In this document: one piece after another, positions 19,154 through 29,400 of the stretch | Layout of the letters: the number at the start of each line of letters is the position of its first letter | How positions within the stretch are numbered: the first letter of the stretch is position 1 | NCBI GenBank assembly: GCA_964522405.1 | Contig: CAZFTR010000008.1 | Span: 1 to 49,802 of the forward strand | Direction: 5' to 3' | DNA length: 49,802 bases | DNA from: an uncultured Gammaproteobacteria bacterium | GTDB lineage: Bacteria > Patescibacteriota > Patescibacteriia > Magasanikbacterales > UBA922 | Translations under genes and position numbers: made by a program | Notes under the pieces: generated by a model | What the model was told of the DNA's origin: nothing | Database searches by the model: none | What the model saw: only the letters and a program-made list of their open reading frames with translations

Positions 19154-20344
19154 ATGTTTTGGAGAAAAAAAAAGAAAATAAAAAAAATCAGTGCCAAGAA
19201 TTTGAAGGTGCGAACTATTCCAAACATTTTTTATGGAGGAAATGATCCTTTGATTTATCATACACCAAAATCTGTAACACCAACCAAGCAGCGTGGTATT
19301 TTGCAGAAAACAGCAAAAAAGGAAAAAAAGGAATTAAGAGGGATTGAATCTGGTCAGAGATTTTCTTTTCTTAAAAGTAGAAAAACTATTATTAGCTTGT
19401 TTGTAGTTTTTTTTGTTTTAGCTCTCAGCGCAATTTCTTGGTATTATATGAGAGATTATTTTGCAGCTCAGAGACTGGTTAAGCAAAGACAAGAAGGAAC
19501 AGTTCAGATTGAAGAGGTAGAAAAGATAGAACAACCAGAAATAGTAGAAGAGCCGGAAATTGAATTAGAGCCAGTGGGAGTTTTGGAAGTTGTCACCTCT
19601 ACAGTAACAACAACAGAGTTTGTAGAACCAATTACTACAACTGAACTTGAAACAATAGTTCAGCCTCCGATAATAGGAAAAAATGTGATTACTTTCCCTG
19701 TTATAAGTCTTCTTGATACACCTGATATTGATTCAGATCAATTGACTGATGCAGAAGAAGAAATATTTGATACTGATAGCGGTGGTTTTGATACGGATAA
19801 AGACGGATATTATGATGGGCAAGAGGTTTTAAACCTCTATAATCCAAAAGGTGTTGCTCCGATTAAGATAATTGATTCAGGATTTGTAAAAGAATATCTA
19901 AATTCCAGTAAATCATACAGGCTTTATCATCCTACAAGTTGGCAGGTCGGTTCTGTGGATATCCAAGGAGATCAGGTTTTATTTAGTAGTATAAAGGGAG
20001 ATTATGTAGAAGTCAGGGTTGTAGAGAAAAGATCAGATGAAAATTTCCAGCAATGGTTTGATCGAGTTGCTACAGCTCAGAAATATGGAGATCTTTTACA
20101 ATTTGTAAATAGGTTTGATGTTGAAGGTATGAAAAGAAGAGATGGTTTAGTGGCATATTTTGACCGGTTTGATTCAGTAGTGGTAATGGTTTATCATGTA
20201 AATACACCTGGACCAATTGCTTATAGAAATATAATGCAGTTAATGATGCAAAGTTTTAGGCACTCTGGATCCTCATCTATAATACCAGAGCAAGAAATTA
20301 TTCCAGAAACTGAAACCACAACTACAAATCCAGCAACCACTTGA
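19154..20344 (+). CDS. Single-pass membrane protein with TSP3-like repeats and PsbP-like C-terminal domain
   Basis: TM IISLFVVFFVLALSAISWYY; DIDSDQLTDAEE...DTDKDGYYD..E; Y.LYHPTSW motif; ATG 19154 preferred over TTG 19142. Confidence 0.75.
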   Translation: MFWRKKKKIKKISAKNLKVRTIPNIFYGGNDPLIYHTPKSVTPTKQRGILQKTAKKEKKELRGIESGQRFSFLKSRKTIISLFVVFFVLALSAISWYYMRDYFAAQRLVKQRQEGTVQIEEVEKIEQPEIVEEPEIELEPVGVLEVVTSTVTTTEFVEPITTTELETIVQPPIIGKNVITFPVISLLDTPDIDSDQLTDAEEEIFDTDSGGFDTDKDGYYDGQEVLNLYNPKGVAPIKIIDSGFVKEYLNSSKSYRLYHPTSWQVGSVDIQGDQVLFSSIKGDYVEVRVVEKRSDENFQQWFDRVATAQKYGDLLQFVNRFDVEGMKRRDGLVAYFDRFDSVVVMVYHVNTPGPIAYRNIMQLMMQSFRHSGSSSIIPEQEIIPETETTTTNPATT

Positions 20345-20350
20345 TAGTTT

Positions 20351-20779
20351 ATGGAATGCAATGTATATAAAACAGTAAAAAAGGCTGGGCTTAGTAAAAA
20401 AAGTATTCAAAACACTGTATTTTTTGTCCTTAAAAAAGAGAAACAGGACGGCTCTATAAGTGTTCATTTGGTTGGAGATGCCAAAATTAAAAATTTGAAT
20501 AAAATTTATAGGGGAAAAAACCAAACAACAGATGTTTTATCATTTGCAAGTCGAGACGGAAAAGATTTTTGTTTTGGTGATGATCTCGGTGATATTTTTA
20601 TTAGTGTTGCCCAAATAAGAAGGCAGGCAAAAGAAAATTCGGTTTCATTTAGGCAAGAACTAATTCGAATGTTAGTTCATGGAGTTTTGCATATATTAGG
20701 ATATGATCATCAAAAAGAAAAAGAAGCAAAAATTATGTTTGCAAAACAGGAGAAATATGTTTCAGATTTGCTTAAATAA
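20351..20779 (+). CDS. ybeY: rRNA maturation endoribonuclease YbeY
   Basis: LN..YRGK...TDVLSF, LGDIFIS, HGVLHILGYDH signature. Confidence 0.96.
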   Translation: MECNVYKTVKKAGLSKKSIQNTVFFVLKKEKQDGSISVHLVGDAKIKNLNKIYRGKNQTTDVLSFASRDGKDFCFGDDLGDIFISVAQIRRQAKENSVSFRQELIRMLVHGVLHILGYDHQKEKEAKIMFAKQEKYVSDLLK

Positions 20780-20806
20780 TTTTATATAATTTATTGGTTA
20801 TTATCT

Positions 20807-21172
20807 ATGAACAAGAAGCGACTAAGACAGAGTTTCAAAGATGCTTTTAGAGGTTTTGGTTTTGTTTACAAAAATGAACAAAATTTTAGAATACAAATAG
20901 TAATTGCGTTTACAGTTTTAGCTCTTGCCTTTGTTTTAGGTTTGCAAAATCATGAATTTATTATCTTATTGCTTTTAATAATTTTGGTTTTATTGCTAGA
21001 GTTACTGAACACTGCAGGTGAGAAGATTTTGGATCTCCTAAAGCCACGTTTACATATACATGTACAGTCAGTAAAAGACATAATGGCCTCAGCAGTACTT
21101 TTTTCTTCACTTGGAGCTGCTATAGTAGGATTAATGATATTTTATCCATATCTAATTGAGCTTATCAGATAA
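20807..21172 (+). CDS. dgkA: Diacylglycerol/undecaprenol kinase (DgkA family)
   Basis: SF..AF.G.....NEQNFR, ELLNTA.E..D, KD..A.AV; ybeY-dgkA synteny. Confidence 0.92.
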   Translation: MNKKRLRQSFKDAFRGFGFVYKNEQNFRIQIVIAFTVLALAFVLGLQNHEFIILLLLIILVLLLELLNTAGEKILDLLKPRLHIHVQSVKDIMASAVLFSSLGAAIVGLMIFYPYLIELIR

Positions 21173-21209
21173 GCATGCTACAATGTAGTCAGATAAATTT
21201 ACAGATATT

Positions 21210-22469
21210 ATGCCTCGCAAAAAAGATAGAACAGAGTACATTACTGGACTAGACATAGGTTCCACTACTGTTAGGGTTGCGGTTGGGCAATATGTAAGTA
21301 CTCAAAATAGCCCTGATCAGTTTCAGATAATAGCCGCGGTTGAAGTTCCTTCTGAAGGTATGCAAAAAGGCATGATTACCAGTATAGAAGATATAGTTTC
21401 TTCAATTTCAAGTGCTTTGGAGCAGGTTGAGAGACTTATTGGAATGCCAATTGAGCATGTTTGGGTGGGAATATCGGATTCCCATATTATTGCACAAGAG
21501 AGTCGGGGAGTGGTGGCAGTTGGAAAATCAGATGGCGAAATATCAGAAGATGATGTAGAAAGAGCAATAGAAGCAGCTCGAACAGTTGCCAGTCCTTTAA
21601 ATTATGAGGTTTTACATGTTTTGCCTAGAAGTTTTAGTGTTGATGGTCAGACCAATATCAAAGATCCAGTTGGTATGACTGGGATCAGGCTTGAAGTTGA
21701 TACCAAAATTATATATGGTTTGAGCTCTCATCTAAAAAACATAACCAAAGCAGTGTACCGTGCTGGTGTGGATATAGATGATTTTGTTTTGTCAGTGCTA
21801 GCAACAGGTGAAGCAGTTGTGGATGATCAACAAAAAGATCTTGGTGTGGCTGTGGTAAATATTGGTGGACCAACAACCAGTATGGCAGTTTATGAAGAGG
21901 GAGATGTTTTACATACAGCGGTTATCCCAATAGGTTCAGCACATATTACCAATGATTTGGCTCTAGGGCTCAAAACATCAATAGAAATAGCAGAAAATGT
22001 TAAATCAATGCATGGGGTTTGTGTTAGTAAGGGTATTAGCAAAAAAGACACAATTGATTTACAAAAGTTTGGAGCTCAAGCTTCAGAAGAAATTGCCATG
22101 CATTATGTAGCTGAAATTATTGAAGCTCGTGTTGGAGAAATACTGGAAAAAGTAGATGAAGAACTTATGAAAATTGACAGAAGTCAATTACTTCCAGCAG
22201 GAATAGTTTTTGTTGGTGGCGGTTCCAAAATAAGAGGTTTAGTTGAGCTTGCAAAACAAACCATTTCACTTCCAGCTAGTATAGGACATGTACATGGTAT
22301 TCAGGGGATTACAGACAAGATAACTGACAGCGCTTATATTCCGGTTATAGGTTTGGTCAAGTGGGGAGCGCAGATGGCACATAGTTCCTCAGGTAAGCGT
22401 TTATCATTTGCTATTGCCAACAAAATCCAAGACAAAGTAAATAAGATTTTCAAATCCTTGATTCCTTAG
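21210..22469 (+). CDS. ftsA: Cell division protein FtsA
   Basis: GLDIGSTTV, PVGMTGIRLEV, NIGGPTT, HITNDLA, GIVFVGGGS. Confidence 0.96.
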   Translation: MPRKKDRTEYITGLDIGSTTVRVAVGQYVSTQNSPDQFQIIAAVEVPSEGMQKGMITSIEDIVSSISSALEQVERLIGMPIEHVWVGISDSHIIAQESRGVVAVGKSDGEISEDDVERAIEAARTVASPLNYEVLHVLPRSFSVDGQTNIKDPVGMTGIRLEVDTKIIYGLSSHLKNITKAVYRAGVDIDDFVLSVLATGEAVVDDQQKDLGVAVVNIGGPTTSMAVYEEGDVLHTAVIPIGSAHITNDLALGLKTSIEIAENVKSMHGVCVSKGISKKDTIDLQKFGAQASEEIAMHYVAEIIEARVGEILEKVDEELMKIDRSQLLPAGIVFVGGGSKIRGLVELAKQTISLPASIGHVHGIQGITDKITDSAYIPVIGLVKWGAQMAHSSSGKRLSFAIANKIQDKVNKIFKSLIP

Positions 22470-22493
22470 AATTGATGCATTGCGATAAATTTT

Positions 22494-22522
22494 AATCCAC
22501 TTTTGTAAAATGTGGATTTTTT
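22494..22522 (+). terminator. Probable intrinsic terminator between ftsA and ftsZ
   Basis: AATCCAC-TTTTGTAAAAT-GTGGATT followed by T-run. Confidence 0.55.
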
Positions 22523-22651
22523 ATTTAAAATTTATTTAGGTGAACACAAAAAGTATTCAAAAGCCTTGCGTATATTTCCAAAAACAAATATAATTATATC
22601 ACTGATTACCGCACTTTTGCTAAGTGCCCTTAAATGATTAATTTTGAAAAT

Positions 22652-23890
22652 ATGCCACAAGTTAAACCGGATATTGAGACATTTGCCAAGATAAAAGTTA
22701 TCGGAGTTGGGGGTTCAGGAGGTTCAGCAGTCGATCGTATGGTCAAAAGTGGCATACGTGGAGTTGAGTTTGTAGTTATGAATACCGATGTACAAGCTTT
22801 GCATCATAATAGTGCTCAACATAAATTACACATAGGAAAAACAGTTACTCGCGGTCTTGGTGCTGGTATGAATCCTGAAGTTGGAAAACGCAGTGCAGAA
22901 GAAACACAGAACGAAATAAGAGAGATGTTAAAAGACACAGATATGGTTTTTATCACTTGTGGAATGGGTGGTGGAACCGGTTCTGGAGCAAGTCCGGTCA
23001 TTGCCGAGATTGCTCGCGATATGGGAGTTCTTACAGTTGCAGTTGTAACTAAACCTTTTACATTTGAAGGGCCTCAGAGAAAAAACATTGCTGACAGAGC
23101 ACACGAAGAATTATCACGACATGTTGATACAATTATCACAGTTCAAAACGACAGAATTTTACAAATCATTGATAAGAAAACTTCATTACTCGATGCTTTC
23201 AAAATTGTTGATGATGTTTTGCGACAGGGAGTTCAGGGAATTTCAGAGTTAATTACTGTGCCAGGACTTATAAATGTTGATTTTGCTGATGTTAAAACTA
23301 TTATGAGTGACACAGGCTCAGCTCTTATGGGAATTGGAATCGGGACAGGCGATGAGAGAGCAGTCGAGGCTGCAAAAGCCGCGGTTTCAAGTCCACTGCT
23401 TGAAGTTTCAATTGATGGAGCCCGAGGAATATTGTTTACAATTACAGGTGGTAAGAGTGTTGGTATGCAAGAAGTAGCCGAGGCTGCAAAAGTTATTACC
23501 AGTTCAGCAGATGATGATGCCAAAGTAATATTTGGAGCAGTTATAGACGAGTCAATGGGTGAAGATATTAGAATTACAGTTATTGCTACAGGTTTTGAAG
23601 ATCGTGATAGAGAAAGATCATTTGCAACAGATTCCAGTTCTGATTCAGATACAAGTTTCAGTACCAGAAGCAGTTCAGGATTCAGATCAAGTATTTTTTC
23701 CAAGCGAAAATCAGCAGAGTCTTCAGAAGAAACAAAAGAGCAAGAAGAAGTTACTCAGCCACAATTTATCAAAAAAACCATGACACCGGTAACAAATGTA
23801 AGCAAGTCAATTACTTCACAGGAGGATAAATCAAAAGATGAGGAAGATCTGGAGATACCGGCATTTATAAGAAAGAAAATGGGAGAATAG
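22652..23890 (+). CDS. ftsZ: Cell division GTPase FtsZ
   Basis: IKVIGVGGSG, GMGGGTGSG tubulin signature, INVDFADV, C-terminal LEIPAFIRK; start likely MPQVKP at 22652. Confidence 0.98.
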   Translation: MPQVKPDIETFAKIKVIGVGGSGGSAVDRMVKSGIRGVEFVVMNTDVQALHHNSAQHKLHIGKTVTRGLGAGMNPEVGKRSAEETQNEIREMLKDTDMVFITCGMGGGTGSGASPVIAEIARDMGVLTVAVVTKPFTFEGPQRKNIADRAHEELSRHVDTIITVQNDRILQIIDKKTSLLDAFKIVDDVLRQGVQGISELITVPGLINVDFADVKTIMSDTGSALMGIGIGTGDERAVEAAKAAVSSPLLEVSIDGARGILFTITGGKSVGMQEVAEAAKVITSSADDDAKVIFGAVIDESMGEDIRITVIATGFEDRDRERSFATDSSSDSDTSFSTRSSSGFRSSIFSKRKSAESSEETKEQEEVTQPQFIKKTMTPVTNVSKSITSQEDKSKDEEDLEIPAFIRKKMGE

Positions 23891-23902
23891 TAAATTAAGA
23901 AT

Positions 23903-23930
23903 AAAAATAGCCTGAAATCAGGCTATTTTT
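23903..23930. terminator. Intrinsic terminator after ftsZ
   Basis: AAAAATAGCCTGA-AA-TCAGGCTATTTTT perfect 13-bp inverted repeat. Confidence 0.85.
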
Positions 23931-24001
23931 AATTGAACATAAATATTGATACAATAACTATGCTCATGTTATACTATGAACATATTATTTATACATTAAA
24001 T

Positions 24002-24466
24002 ATGCATTGCCCGGTTTGTAGTTCAAAAGAAACCAAAGTTGTAGATTCACGTTTGGCACAAGACGCTATGGCAGTTAGGAGGCGGCGTGAGTGCGTAAAA
24101 TGTGGATACAGATTTTCAACAGTAGAAGAAATGGAGCTTCTGGATATAGTTGTAGTAAAAAATGATGGCAAGCGTGAGACTTTTCTTCGAGGTAAGCTGG
24201 AAAATGGAATTTTGAGGTCACTTGCCAAAAGACCCTATACTCAAGATAAGTTTGATAGATTGATTTATAGCATAGAAAGAGATATACAGAAAAAAAGAAA
24301 ACGCGAAATAACCAGTAAAGAGCTCGGAGAAATAGTAATGAAGCATCTTAAGAAATTTGATAAAATTGCCTATATACGATTTGCTTCAATTTATCGATCA
24401 TTTGAAGATGTCAGCGCTTTTGGAAGTGAGGTAAAAGCATTGGCTAAGAAAAAAAATAAAAAATAA
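24002..24466 (+). CDS. nrdR: Transcriptional repressor NrdR
   Basis: MHCPVC..ETKVVDSR, RRRRECVKCGYRFST zinc ribbon, ATP cone, AYIRFASIYRSF. Confidence 0.97.
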   Translation: MHCPVCSSKETKVVDSRLAQDAMAVRRRRECVKCGYRFSTVEEMELLDIVVVKNDGKRETFLRGKLENGILRSLAKRPYTQDKFDRLIYSIERDIQKKRKREITSKELGEIVMKHLKKFDKIAYIRFASIYRSFEDVSAFGSEVKALAKKKNKK

Positions 24467-24476
24467 TTAACCAAAT

Positions 24477-24923
24477 ATGATAAAAGAAAAAAAATCCAAA
24501 AAAACAGAAGAAAAGCTTCCTGAAATTAAAAAAGAAACAGAAAAACCTGAATTTGATCCAGAGACATTCAAAGAAGATTCAAATGCCGATTTGAAAAAAT
24601 TAATAGAAGATAATATAAAGTGGTCTCAGGTAATCTACACTCAGAATAAAAAAATCAAAAGAAGGCTTGGTATGATGGTTTTTGCCGGTTATCTAAGATT
24701 GTTTATAATTTTAGCACCAATTATTTTAGCAGTTATTTTCCTACCACCACTTATTCGAGATTTAACCCAAGAATATGGGTCTTTTTTCAATGATCTAACA
24801 GGAAATCAAATACCTTTTGAGCAAATTGGAAATATATTAGAGCAGTTTGGGTCAGGCTCAGACGTTTCAAAATACCTTACTCCTGAGCAGATGAAAGAGT
24901 TAGAATCAGGTCTTCAAAGATAG
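24477..24923 (+). CDS. Hypothetical single-TM membrane protein
   Basis: Operon position; hydrophobic LRLFIILAPIILAVIFLPP. Confidence 0.7.
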   Translation: MIKEKKSKKTEEKLPEIKKETEKPEFDPETFKEDSNADLKKLIEDNIKWSQVIYTQNKKIKRRLGMMVFAGYLRLFIILAPIILAVIFLPPLIRDLTQEYGSFFNDLTGNQIPFEQIGNILEQFGSGSDVSKYLTPEQMKELESGLQR

Positions 24924-24947
24924 TAAATAAATTTAATAACCAACAAT

Positions 24948-26387
24948 ATGAAGAAGCGCACAAAGATAGTTTGCACACTTGGACCAGCTACTGAAAAAAA
25001 GGAGACAATAGAAAGTTTAGTAAACGCAGGGATGAATGTGGCACGTTTGAATTTTTCTCATGGAACTTATGAGAATCATGAGGTGCTTATAAACAATGTA
25101 CGTGAAATTAGCAAGAAGTTAGATCATCCACTGGCAGTGCTCCAAGATTTACAGGGACCTAAAATTCGAGTTGGTGTACTCCCAGATGAAGGGATTGAAT
25201 TAAAAGAAGGAGAAACTGCGGTATTTGATACCAGTATCAAGGAATATTCAGGAGAGGAAATTCCAGTGGACTATGCAGAGCTTCATACCCATGTTCAGTC
25301 AGGTGAAAGACTACTGCTCAATGATGGAAGAACAGGAACAGAAGTTGAAAAAGTTGAAGGGACAAAAATTTTTGTAAAAGTTATGAATTCCGGAGTTATA
25401 ACTTCACATAAAGGAATAAATATCCCAGATTCACATTTGACAATTAGCGCTTTAACAGACAAGGACAAAAAAGACGCGCGATTTGGAGTTGAGCATGGTG
25501 TGGATTTTATTGCGCTTTCGTTTGTAACCAGTGCCAAGGATATTCTTGATCTTCGTTATTTGATCAAACAGTATGAAGACGAGATGAATATGGATCCAGA
25601 GCAGCCGATCAGAATAATAGCTAAGATTGAGCGTGGTGTAGCAGTAAAAAATATCAAAGAAATCATGGATGTGGTTGATGGGATTATGGTGGCTCGTGGA
25701 GATCTAGGAATAGAGATTCCAGCTTCAGATGTCCCACTTACTCAGAAAAAATTAATCGATTTAGCGCTTGACGCTGCAAAACCAGTCATAGTTGCCACTC
25801 AGATGTTAGATTCAATGCAAGACAATCCTCGTCCAACACGCGCAGAAGTTTCAGATGTGGCTAATGCTGTTATAGATCACACAGATGCAGTTATGCTTTC
25901 CAATGAAACAGCAACTGGGAAATATCCCATAGAAACAGTTCAAACCATGGCAGAAATTATAGAGAAAACTGAAAGCTCTGCATATGATGATCTGCATCTC
26001 CGAGAAAAATCTACCAAATCTCACAGTATTGATGATGTTATCAGTCAGATGTCCAGACTTGTGGCTGAACAAGTTGAGGCAAAATTAATATTAGCAGCTT
26101 CTATAAGTGGAGAGACTGCCAGATTAATTAGTCGTCATAGACCAGAACTTCCTATAGTAGTTGCCACAAATACAGATCGAGCCCGACATCAATTAAATCT
26201 TTCATGGGGGGTTCAACCCTTTATATTGCCTCAGTGTAGCAGTATCGAAGAATTGGTAGAGAGATCAGTGGTCTATCTCAAGAAAAATAAGTTTGTAAAG
26301 ATAGGGGATAAAGTAATAGTAGTGGCAGGTGAGCCTGTTGGGCAATCAGGTCATGTAAATGTGCTAGAAGTTCGAGAGGTGGACTAA
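24948..26387 (+). CDS. pyk: Pyruvate kinase
   Basis: RTKIVCTLGP, ARLNFSHG, DLQGPKIR, IIAKIE, GIMVARGDLG, ATQMLDSM, PTRAE. Confidence 0.98.
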   Translation: MKKRTKIVCTLGPATEKKETIESLVNAGMNVARLNFSHGTYENHEVLINNVREISKKLDHPLAVLQDLQGPKIRVGVLPDEGIELKEGETAVFDTSIKEYSGEEIPVDYAELHTHVQSGERLLLNDGRTGTEVEKVEGTKIFVKVMNSGVITSHKGINIPDSHLTISALTDKDKKDARFGVEHGVDFIALSFVTSAKDILDLRYLIKQYEDEMNMDPEQPIRIIAKIERGVAVKNIKEIMDVVDGIMVARGDLGIEIPASDVPLTQKKLIDLALDAAKPVIVATQMLDSMQDNPRPTRAEVSDVANAVIDHTDAVMLSNETATGKYPIETVQTMAEIIEKTESSAYDDLHLREKSTKSHSIDDVISQMSRLVAEQVEAKLILAASISGETARLISRHRPELPIVVATNTDRARHQLNLSWGVQPFILPQCSSIEELVERSVVYLKKNKFVKIGDKVIVVAGEPVGQSGHVNVLEVREVD

Positions 26388-26389
26388 TT

Positions 26390-26443
26390 TTGCCCAAGAA
26401 ATTTAACTATGATATAATAATCTAGCCCGCTTTGGGCTAGATT
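26390..26443 (+). promoter_or_regulatory. ppsA promoter plus 10-bp hairpin (also a possible pyk terminator)
   Basis: TTGCCC-17-TATAAT with extended TG; AATCTAGCCC-GCTTT-GGGCTAGATT. Confidence 0.55.
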
Positions 26444-26451
26444 TTAATACC

Positions 26452-29400
26452 ATGAAGAAAAGTTCTACACAAAAAGAGAATATTTTATGGTTCAAAGACA
26501 TCTCTATTGGAGATGTATCTTTGGTTGGAGGAAAAAATGCATCTCTTGGAGAGATGTATTCCAAATTGACCAAAAAAGGAATTGCAGTACCAAACGGTTT
26601 TGCTATGACTGCAAGTGCTTATTGGTCTTTTTTTGATGCGGCTGGACTGAAGAAAAAAATTAAAACAGAATTAAAAGGATTGGATATTACTGATATTCAA
26701 AATCTTAGAAAAAAAGCTACCAAAATACGAAAGATGATAATGTCAGCAAAACTTCCAGAAGATATCAAAAAAGATATACTTAGTTCTTATAAAAAATTAT
26801 CAAGTATTAAAAATGCACCTGTAGCAGTTCGCTCGAGTGCAACAGCAGAAGATTTGCCAGAAGCCAGCTTTGCCGGACAACAGGAGAGTTATCTAAGTGT
26901 TCGTGGAGACGCAGCCTTGCTTGAGTCAGTTCAGAAATGCATAGCCTCACTTTTTACAGAAAGAGCCTTGTCATACCGAGAAAAACGCGGCTACAATCAT
27001 TTAGAGATTGCCCTGTCAGTAACAGTTCAACAAATGGTTGGTTCAGACAACGCAGTTAGTGGGGTTTTGTTTACAGTAGACACAGAGTCAGGATTTGATG
27101 GTGTGGTGCTGGTAAATGCTTCATATGGATTAGGTGAATATGTTGTAAAAGGAAAAGTAATTCCAGATCAGTATTTTGTTTTCAAAGAAGGTCTAAGAAA
27201 AGGTAAAAAATCTGTAATTAGTAAAATTCTTGGCACCAAACATATTAAGTTGGTTTCAGGAAAAATCAGAGGAACCAAACAAGTAAAAGTTTCAAAAACT
27301 GCACAAAATAAGTTTTGTCTTACAGAAAAAGAAATACTGCAACTTGCAAATTGGGGCATGATTATAGAAGAGCACTACGGAAAAGCACAAGATATAGAGT
27401 GGGCCAAGGATGCCAAATCAGGAAAATTATATATAGTTCAATCACGTCCAGAAACAGTAAAAGCTCGAGAAAACGCAGCAGTTATAGAAACATATAAACT
27501 CAAGACCAAAGGAACACTACTAGCTTCCGGAGTCGCAGTAGGTCAGAAGATCGGTGCTGGAAATGTTCGTATTATAGATTCACCAAAACAAATGAAACTT
27601 TTCAAAAAAGGTGAAGTTTTGGTAACTAGAATTACAGATCCAGACTGGGAACCGATCATGCGTATAGCGTCAGCCATAGTTACAGAGCAGGGTGGAAAAA
27701 CATCACACGCAGCCATAGTTTCAAGAGAAATGGGGGTTCCCTGTGTGGTGGGTGTTCGAGAGGCTCGAGCAAAGCTCAAAACAACCAAATCAGTAACAGT
27801 TAGTTGCGCAGAAGGAGAAGAAGGAAGAATCTATAAAGGTGTTCTGCCTTTTGAGCTCAAAAAAACAAATATCAAGAATGTCCCAAAGACAAAAACCCAG
27901 ATAATGATGAATATTGGAGATCCGAACAATGCCTTTCCATTGTCATTTTTGCCAAACGATGGAGTTGGTCTAGCAAGAGAAGAGTTTATTTTTAGTAATT
28001 TTATCAGAATTCATCCATTGGCTTTGGTTCATTATACTAAATTGAAGGATAAAAAAGCCAAGAAAAAAATAGCTGATCTTACCAGAGGATACAAGAAAAA
28101 ACCGGATTATTGTGTGGATAAACTTGCCGAGGGAATTGGTCGTATAGCTACAGCATTTTACCCAAAGGAAGTGGTGGTTAGACTTAGTGATTTTAAAACC
28201 AATGAATATTCTTCACTGATTGGTGGAGCAGAATTTGAACCAAAGGAAGCCAATCCTATGCTTGGTTGGCGAGGAGCAAGTAGATATTATTCCAAGCAGT
28301 ATAAACCAGCTTTTAAGCTTGAGTGTGAAGCATTGAAAAAAGCAAGAGATGAGTGGGGACTAAGCAATATTACAGTCATGGTGCCATTTTGTAGAACACC
28401 GGAAGAAGGCGAAAAAGTTCTTAAAACCATGTCAGATTTTGGATTGAAAAAAGGCGAGAATAATCTTAGAGTTTATGTAATGTGTGAAATTCCCTCAAAT
28501 GTGGTCCTGGCAGATGAATATGCCCAGGTTTTTGATGGGTTTAGCATAGGAACCAATGATTTGACCCAATTGACTCTGGGGGTAGATCGAGACTCAGCAG
28601 AAATCAGTCATATTTATGATCATAATAGTAAAGCAGTAAAAGACTTGGTGGCCGGAGTTATCAAAACAGCACATAAATACGGCAAAAAAGTTGGAATATG
28701 TGGTCAGGCTCCAAGTGACAGTCCTGAGTTTGCAGAGTTTCTATTGCAGCAGGGAATAGATAGTATATCACTTAATCCAGATACTGTAGTTTCAGCCCGA
28801 AAACATATTGCCTATGTTGAGAAAACACTTGGAAAAACCGGAAAGAAAACCAATAAGAAATTTGTCAGTCTGGTAGCGGTGATTGGTGCGATGGGTCTGG
28901 CGCTTGTTGGTCTTGGTGGAGGTTGTGCAAATATTATCGATCCTGGATTTGACGCAGCACCACAGGATTATCAAACAATAACGCCGGCAGAGATTCGCGA
29001 CAAAGCAGTTCAAAAAGCAGTAAAAGAAAAAGATCAGGAATTTGAAGCCAGACATTCAAAACTCAAGATCAGAAGTTTTGCTTCTTTTGAAATGGAATAT
29101 CCAAGTATGTGGAGTGTGGAGCAGTGGAATGGCGGGGTTACCCTCTATTCAGAAGATGAAAGTGAATATTTAAGCATCTTTGATCAATTAGTTAATCATC
29201 CAGTTAAGGAAGGAGATAAGGAAGTTTATAAGGTTGGAGAGATCTTGGCAAAGAAGTATACTGCACAAAATACAAAAAAGCAGAGTGTTATGATAATTGA
29301 AATAGAATTGCAAGATGGAAATATTTTAGAAATAAATTCAAATAGTGAGAGATGGGAAGAAATAGTGTCAACTCTAGAAATTACAGGTTTAGCAGGTGAT

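Noticed and set aside
23931-24001. NrdR boxes upstream of nrdR and the longer ATT-start version of the ORF
   Set aside because: No convincing tandem NrdR-box palindrome; the conserved protein begins at MHCP (24002)
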